A stretch of 32,000 nt of DNA from Ktedonobacterales bacterium (lineage in GTDB: Bacteria > Chloroflexota > Ktedonobacteria > Ktedonobacterales > JADMIN01). The stretch is taken from contig CP126532.1 of the NCBI GenBank assembly GCA_030167145.1, forward strand, positions 1,590,001 through 1,622,000, in the 5' to 3' direction. A program made the position numbers and the translations under genes. Shown here piece after piece: positions 27,726-32,000 of this stretch. Position 1 is the first letter of the stretch, and every line of letters starts with the position of its first letter. Under the pieces are notes generated by a model. The model was given only the letters and a program-made list of their open reading frames with translations. It was not told where the DNA came from and made no database searches.

Positions 27726-28826
27726 TTAGGGGGATTTGGCGTGCGGTGGTAGGGGGACGGTGACGGAGACGGGCAGCGGCGCGGAGGGGTCATCCCATTC
27801 GGCGCGCTGGGTCAGGCGGATGAGCAGGACGAACATGGCGAGGTCGAGCAGGAGCATGAGTTGGGCGTCTATGAGGGAGGTGCGGAGGAAGAGGATGGGC
27901 GCGAGGAGCATGAAGTAGGTGATGACGCCGCTGGCTAGGGCGAGGCGCTGGGGGGCGCCCCAGGGTGCGAGGGTGGACCACTGGCGGATACGAATGGTGA
28001 GGGCAATGACGAGGGCGAGGAGTAGCGCGATGGGGATGAGGGCAAGAGGAATGAGGACGGGGAGAAGCCAGACGATGATGAAGACGGCGAGGGTGGCGCC
28101 AAAGCCGATGAGGCGCAACTGCCAGAGATGCGGGGCGGCGCGCAGGGCAGGGCGAGGCGCGGGCAGGCGCAGGCGGTGGCTGAGGATGATGAGCGCGACC
28201 ATGAGCAGGGCAGCGCCAAGGTAGGGGATGGCGGGCGGGTGGGGATAGCTCTTGTCTTTCGTATGGAAGCCCCAGGAGATTGCGCCCAGGATGGAGACGG
28301 CGGCGAGGAGGAGGAAGAAGAGCAGGACGCCGCCGGTGCGGAGCCAGGGGCGGCTGGCGACGCGAGGGAAGAGGGTGTCTACGATGACGATGGGAATGGC
28401 GATGCTGACGACAGCGTGGAAGATGGTGAGTTCACCGGCCCAGAGCCAGTTGACGCCCCAGGCGCGGCCATAGACGCCGAGCAGACCAACGCCAGCCTGG
28501 GGGTTGAACCAGGTGTTGGTGATGAGGGCTTCTTCGAGGATGCCGTAGGCCGCGCCGAGGAGGAAGAGGCTGAACCAGGGGAGCTGGCGGCGGCGGACGA
28601 TCTCGCGGATGAGGATGGCGCCGGAGCCGTAGAGGGCGGCAGCCAGGGGGAAGCTGATGGGGTCGAGGATGATTTTGGTGGGCGGGGTGGAGGTGGAGAA
28701 GATTTCGCCGAGAATGGGCGCGAGCAGGAAGAGGGTGAGCGCGGCGGGCCAGACGCTGGCCGAGGCTCGACGCTGCCGTGCGGAGGTGGGCGCGGCGGTG
28801 AGCGGTGGGTTGGGCGTCGGGTACAT
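27726..28826 (-). CDS. Hypothetical polytopic membrane protein
   Basis: Track start (TTG 28913) trimmed to ATG 28826 (GAGGAG 10 nt upstream; MYPTPNPP). At least 8 hydrophobic segments, with conserved-looking YGSGAILIREIVRR and GAAYGILEEALITNTWF. No family recognised. Confidence 0.6.
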   Translation of the reverse strand: MYPTPNPPLTAAPTSARQRRASASVWPAALTLFLLAPILGEIFSTSTPPTKIILDPISFPLAAALYGSGAILIREIVRRRQLPWFSLFLLGAAYGILEEALITNTWFNPQAGVGLLGVYGRAWGVNWLWAGELTIFHAVVSIAIPIVIVDTLFPRVASRPWLRTGGVLLFFLLLAAVSILGAISWGFHTKDKSYPHPPAIPYLGAALLMVALIILSHRLRLPAPRPALRAAPHLWQLRLIGFGATLAVFIIVWLLPVLIPLALIPIALLLALVIALTIRIRQWSTLAPWGAPQRLALASGVITYFMLLAPILFLRTSLIDAQLMLLLDLAMFVLLIRLTQRAEWDDPSAPLPVSVTVPLPPHAKSP

Positions 28827-28879
28827 GTGCCAGGCTCTCCTCGTTGGCTGATGTCTGGGTGGATGATGATGCGCGTGTG

Positions 28880-28913
28880 CTTGTAGCATGGCGATGTTGG
28901 GCGATGCTGTCAA
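28880..28913 (-). promoter_or_regulatory. Candidate promoter of the membrane-protein gene (perfect -35 TTGACA)
   Basis: Minus-strand TTGACA at 28913-28908. The -10 options are CATGCT with a 17-nt spacer (28890-28885) or TGcTACAAG (28885-28880). The TTG that the track used as a start codon is part of this -35 hexamer. Confidence 0.35.
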
Positions 28914-28980
28914 GCCTTTTGTGCGGATTGTGGATTGATTGGTTTGGATTTGGGCGAGCGGACGGTTGAAATCGCGCAGA

Positions 28981-29000
28981 GGGCGAGGCAGGCCTCGCCC
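28981..29000 (-). terminator. GC-rich hairpin about 80 nt downstream of the repeat-ORF stop (weak terminator candidate)
   Basis: GGGCGAGG-CAGG-CCTCGCCC forms a perfect 8-bp stem with a 4-nt loop. The downstream minus-strand tail TCTGCGCGATTTC is only weakly U-rich. Confidence 0.3.
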
Positions 29001-29079
29001 CTACACATGCTGTGGGTTGGGAGTCGGGGCAGGTTCAAAGGTAGGTTGGAAAAGTGCGTCAAGGCTGGAGCGCAGGCGA

Positions 29080-30684
29080 TCAGGCGCTGCGCTTGCGGCG
29101 GGTGGCGGTGGCTGATGGGGCGGGTGACTCGCTGCCCCAGAGTGAGGTTTGGGTGGGAGTGGCCGGAGTGGCCGGAGTGGCCGGTTTTTGATGACGGCGG
29201 ACAGGAATGTCCGCCCCACCGGGTGCAGTGGCCGGAGTGGCCGGTTTGCGCGGTTGGGTGGGGGTGGGTGACGGGAGATGGCGGGAAGTGACGGAAGATT
29301 TTTCGCCGTTTTCGCCGCGAATCGCAGTGGCCGGAGTTGCCGATTTGGCCGGAGTGGCCGTTGTGGCGGCTGCCGGAGTTGCCGATTCTGCCGATTTGCG
29401 CGAAGGGGTGTGGGGAGATGACCGGAATCGGCTGGAGGTGTCGGGAGAATTTTCGCCGTTTTCGCCGCGAATTCGCCGATGTGGAGGTGCCGGAGTTGCC
29501 GATTCTGCCGATTTTTGAGTTTGCGCGCTGAGCACGGTGGGTGATGTGGCTGGTTCTCGGCCTGAAGCGCTGGGGGTAATCCCTCTCGTACGACTTCGGC
29601 GCTGGGTGGGACGGGCGGAAGATTTTTCGCCGTTTTCGCCGCGAATCGCAGAGATCGCAGTGGCTGATGCGGCAGGAGTTGCAGTTGGCGATTTCACCTT
29701 TGTTGAAGTGGCCGCTGTGGCCGCAGTTGGCAATTCGGGAGAGTTGGTTGGAGTTGCCGATTTTGCCGATTTTGCCGATTTTCGCGCACTGGCAGACAGG
29801 AATGTCTGCTCTACCGGAGTGGCCGATTTGGCCGGTTTTTGATGTTGGATGGTGCGCGGGTTGGGCGGTAGAGCAGCCTCTCGGCCTGAAGGACGCAGGT
29901 AATCCCGTTTGCGCGCGGATTGTGGTGGGCGAGCAGTGTCGGACGCTGCTGGAGTGGCCGTTTTCGCTGTTTTCGCCGTCGTTTGGGGCGCCATAGGAGT
30001 GGCCGGAGTGGCCGATTTGGCCGGTTTTGCAGTTGGCGGTGTGGCTGGAGTCACAGTTGCCGATTTTGCCGATTTTGCAGTTACCGGAATGGCCGTAGTT
30101 GCAGTGACATGAGTTGCCGATTTTGCCGATTTCGGGGTGGCGGGAGTGGCGGGAGTTGCCGATTTTGCCGAATGCACAGCGGCCGATTTGGGCGATTTTG
30201 TTGTTGTGGCTGGGACGGTGGTACGGCGGGTGGGAAGGCGGTCGGGTTGTTCGGCGTCTGGGGTGAGCCAGCCAGAGACGCGCTTGATGGGGTCGCCTGC
30301 GGCGATGCCGATGAGGAAGTAGTGCGGCTTGAGGTGGTCGTTTGGCTCAAGGCGCAGAGTGGGAATCGGTGGGGCGATGGGGGCGGCGAGGTGGTTGCCG
30401 TTTTTGCCGTTTTTGGCGCGTTGGTGGCGCATGGAGCTGTCGGTGGCGCTGGGGTCGGTGGCATGCGCGCGGCGGGTGCGGCGGCGCGGAGGTGTGTTGC
30501 TCTCATTGGCGGCTCCGTTGCCAGAAAGCGTGGGGAGCGCTGAGGCGAGGAGGGTAGGATGTAGCTCGCAGGTGGTTGGCTCGTAGCCGGTGCGGTCGCG
30601 GTAGCGCTGGGCGGCGTTGGCGATTTTCAGGGCGATGGGGCGGCGAATATCGTCGTCGTACCAGAGCAATCCAGAGATAATCAT
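29080..30684 (-). CDS. Hypothetical protein: non-repetitive N-terminal domain plus long basic Lys/Ser/Ala/Thr/Pro repeat tail
   Basis: ATG 30684. N-terminal MIISGLLWYDDDIRRPIALKIANAAQRYRDRTGYEPTTCELHP and LRLEPNDHLKPHYFLIGIAAGDPIKRVSGWL look globular. From about residue 150 there are KSA(K/E)SATP and IRGENGEKSS repeats encoded by the nucleotide repeat tract. The coding status of the tail is uncertain. Confidence 0.5.
   Translation of the reverse strand: MIISGLLWYDDDIRRPIALKIANAAQRYRDRTGYEPTTCELHPTLLASALPTLSGNGAANESNTPPRRRTRRAHATDPSATDSSMRHQRAKNGKNGNHLAAPIAPPIPTLRLEPNDHLKPHYFLIGIAAGDPIKRVSGWLTPDAEQPDRLPTRRTTVPATTTKSPKSAAVHSAKSATPATPATPKSAKSATHVTATTAIPVTAKSAKSATVTPATPPTAKPAKSATPATPMAPQTTAKTAKTATPAASDTARPPQSARKRDYLRPSGREAALPPNPRTIQHQKPAKSATPVEQTFLSASARKSAKSAKSATPTNSPELPTAATAATSTKVKSPTATPAASATAISAIRGENGEKSSARPTQRRSRTRGITPSASGREPATSPTVLSAQTQKSAESATPAPPHRRIRGENGENSPDTSSRFRSSPHTPSRKSAESATPAAATTATPAKSATPATAIRGENGEKSSVTSRHLPSPTPTQPRKPATPATAPGGADIPVRRHQKPATPATPATPTQTSLWGSESPAPSATATRRKRSA
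29196..29215. repeat. Hairpin motif copy 1: GGCGGACA-GGAA-TGTCCGCC
   Basis: Perfect 8-bp stem with a GGAA loop on the + strand (UUCC on the mRNA-sense strand). Confidence 0.85.
29791..29810. repeat. Hairpin motif copy 2: GGCAGACA-GGAA-TGTCTGCT
   Basis: Same hairpin, with G:C changed to A:T at stem position 4 and G:T at the outermost pair. The loop is identical. Confidence 0.85.
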
Positions 30685-31077
30685 GGGACTGTATCCTGCC
30701 GTTCGGTGATGGATTCGGATGGGCGCGCTATTTAGAACTTCCGTTCAATGGACTGTAATCCGGTTGTGGGGTGGTGTCAAGGGCGCTGCTCAAGATTGGC
30801 GACGAGTTTTGGGGCTGGCTAGTAGCGATGGGCGAGGGGGGTGGGACTTCGGGGTGCGGGGAGAGAGTGGAGCGAGCAGATGGGAATGGGCAGGATGGAG
30901 GGTGGACAGCGGAGGGTGGACAGTGGAGGGAGATGATGAGGTGGACATGGGACGGGGGAGTGGAATACGCTGGGGGGCAAGGAGATGCGGTGTCGCCACG
31001 TAGCATACGACGCGAGAGATGGGGCGTTAGGATGCTGTGCGGAGGTGGCGGAACGGCGCTGGCGAAGCTCGCCGAAG

Positions 31078-31115
31078 CTCAGCATAGGGGAGCATTCGGC
31101 ATGTATTATGCTGAG
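31078..31115 (+). promoter_or_regulatory. Perfect 9-bp inverted repeat CTCAGCATA-N20-TATGCTGAG upstream of the PAS sensor gene
   Basis: Arms at 31078-31086 and 31107-31115. The spacer contains GGGGAG (31087-31092) and ATG 31101. Candidate operator or 5' stem-loop. Confidence 0.4.
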
Positions 31116-31216
31116 ATCTATGCCCCGACTGGCCATGTGGAAATCGGGCTGGTAGTGTGCCAGACGAACGAGCGACACCAGGTTGCAACACGCGAAAGCG
31201 GGGGGCGAGAAGCGGC

Positions 31217-32000
31217 ATGGATGAGACAGACGATGCTCAGATAGTAGTTGAGACATGCCATCTAGCTGGTGGGATGGCAGGGGGGACTGAGCAGCACGGT
31301 AGCAATGGAGTGGGGCCATTGGACGCAGAGGCGCGCGCACGGCGAGCGGAAGAGCAGCTTGAGGCGTTTTGGAATCGGTATCAGGCGCTGGCGCAGACGT
31401 TGGCGCAGATTCTGTGGACGACTCCGGCTGATGGTCTGGTGGATGATATGCCGATGTGGCGGGCGTTCACGGGGCAGAGTGTGGAGCAGGTACGGGGATG
31501 GAACTGGCTGGAGGCGGTTCACCCGGAGGATCGGGCGCGAGTGAAGCGTTTGTGGAAGCGTGCGGTGATGACGGCGACGCAGACGAACCTGGAGTATCGT
31601 GTGCGGCGGCGCGATGGGGAATATCGGTGGTTTCTGGATCGTGGGACGCCGGTGCTGGAGGCTGATGGGCGCGTGCGCGAGTGGATTGGCTTTTGTACGG
31701 ATATTACGGAGCATAAGCAGGCGGAAGAAGAGCGGGCGCGGCTGTTGATGCGCGAGCAGGTGGCGCGGATGGAGGCGGAGGAGGCGCGGACAGCGGCGGC
31801 GATAGGCGAGCGTGAGTCGGAGGCAGTGTTCGAGGCGATGACGGATGGGGTGGTGGTGCTGGATCGGGTGGGGCAGATCATCCGCATGAATCGTGCGGGA
31901 ATCAAGCTGGTGGGGCTGGATACGCTGGCCAATCCGGGGGCGGACTTTTATGAGTTGCCGGTGGCGGAACGCGCGGCGCGCATTGAGATGCGGGATGCGC
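31217..32000 (+). CDS. PAS-domain sensor protein (probable histidine kinase or other signalling protein), 3' end outside window
   Basis: This frame is not in the track because it has no stop before the window end. It is open from 31115, with ATG 31217 (alternative ATG 31274). My translation gives LWTTPADGLVDDMPMWRAFTGQSVEQVRGWNWLEAVHPEDRARV...EYRVRRRDGEYRWFLDRGTPVLEADGRVREWIGFCTDITEHKQAEE (PAS), a coiled-coil linker, then a second PAS start (EAVFEAMTDGVVVLDRVGQIIRMNRAG). Confidence 0.8.
   Translation, partial: MDETDDAQIVVETCHLAGGMAGGTEQHGSNGVGPLDAEARARRAEEQLEAFWNRYQALAQTLAQILWTTPADGLVDDMPMWRAFTGQSVEQVRGWNWLEAVHPEDRARVKRLWKRAVMTATQTNLEYRVRRRDGEYRWFLDRGTPVLEADGRVREWIGFCTDITEHKQAEEERARLLMREQVARMEAEEARTAAAIGERESEAVFEAMTDGVVVLDRVGQIIRMNRAGIKLVGLDTLANPGADFYELPVAERAARIEMRDA

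Larger units (their letters stand above)
28920..30260. repeat. Mosaic tract of short same-orientation repeats
   Basis: (AGTGGCCGG)x3 at 29158-29184. (GCCGATTTT)x3 at 29756-29782. GAGTTGCCGATT... at 29334, 29376, 29493, 29751, 30054, 30111 and 30153. A 32-nt unit GAAGATTTTTCGCCGTTTTCGCCGCGAATCGC at 29294-29325, 29445-29476 and 29618-29649. CTCGGCCTGAAG...GGTAATCCC at 29556-29583 and 29880-29906. GCGGATTGTGG plus TGGGCGAGC at 28923-28959 and 29915-29934. Confidence 0.9.

Noticed and set aside
25219-28886. Long + strand ORFs (25219-26115, 26078-26692, 26846-27325, 28128-28886) opposite the ParA-like, VWA and membrane genes
   Set aside because: They are antisense to recognisable genes. Their products are Gly/Asp/Glu/Ala low-complexity, consistent with the G-rich + strand composition.
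29100-30260. Possible CRISPR array in the repeat tract
   Set aside because: The repeats are short (9-32 nt), of several different kinds, irregularly spaced and mostly contiguous rather than separated by unique spacers of uniform length. No cas genes are present in the window.
30771-31340. 157-aa + ORF (30771-31244) and 173-aa minus ORF (30819-31340) in the divergent intergenic region
   Set aside because: They run through the extreme G-rich tract, giving Gly/Trp/Glu- or Pro/Ser/His-rich nonsense. They overlap each other and the PAS gene start. Only the last 47 codons of the + ORF have an SD-like signal, which is noted as a finding rather than a call.

Overview
GC-rich bacterial chromosomal window. 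I found no rRNA, tRNA, CRISPR array, transposase or integrase. I call about 27 protein-coding genes. Housekeeping anchors are dxs, ligA, udk, kptA/Tpt1, recX, a class-I/II aminotransferase, a DAG-kinase-family lipid kinase and an aldehyde dehydrogenase. Interspersed accessory genes include an ABM monooxygenase-like protein, a YdeN-type serine hydrolase, a standalone ClpX zinc-finger protein, a Rieske oxygenase next to an MIO (HAL/PAL-family) ammonia-lyase, a 1095-aa STAND ATPase/TPR regulator with a C-terminal SARP module, several Pro-rich small membrane proteins, and a PAS sensor running off the 3' end. The most unusual stretch is 22.8-30.7 kb, all on the minus strand. It contains a 534-codon ORF whose 3' two-thirds is a mosaic of short nucleotide repeats, some read in different frames and continuing past the stop codon. 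It also contains two copies of a hairpin with a compensatory base-pair change, a polytopic membrane protein, a CoxE-type VWA protein with no MoxR partner, and a tight operon of an orphan ParA-like ATPase, two DUF4870-like membrane proteins and recX. Second, the ammonia-lyase carries Thr-Cys where HAL, TAL and PAL carry their substrate-selectivity pair. Third, a ~52-nt promoter-like module is shared upstream of two unrelated minus-strand genes. Many long ORFs in the track are GC-driven antisense shadows. Several track starts lie too far upstream, and I re-called them from SD spacing and conserved N-termini. All names come from my own reading of motifs. No database search or computation was run, and the taxon cannot be assigned from this window alone.
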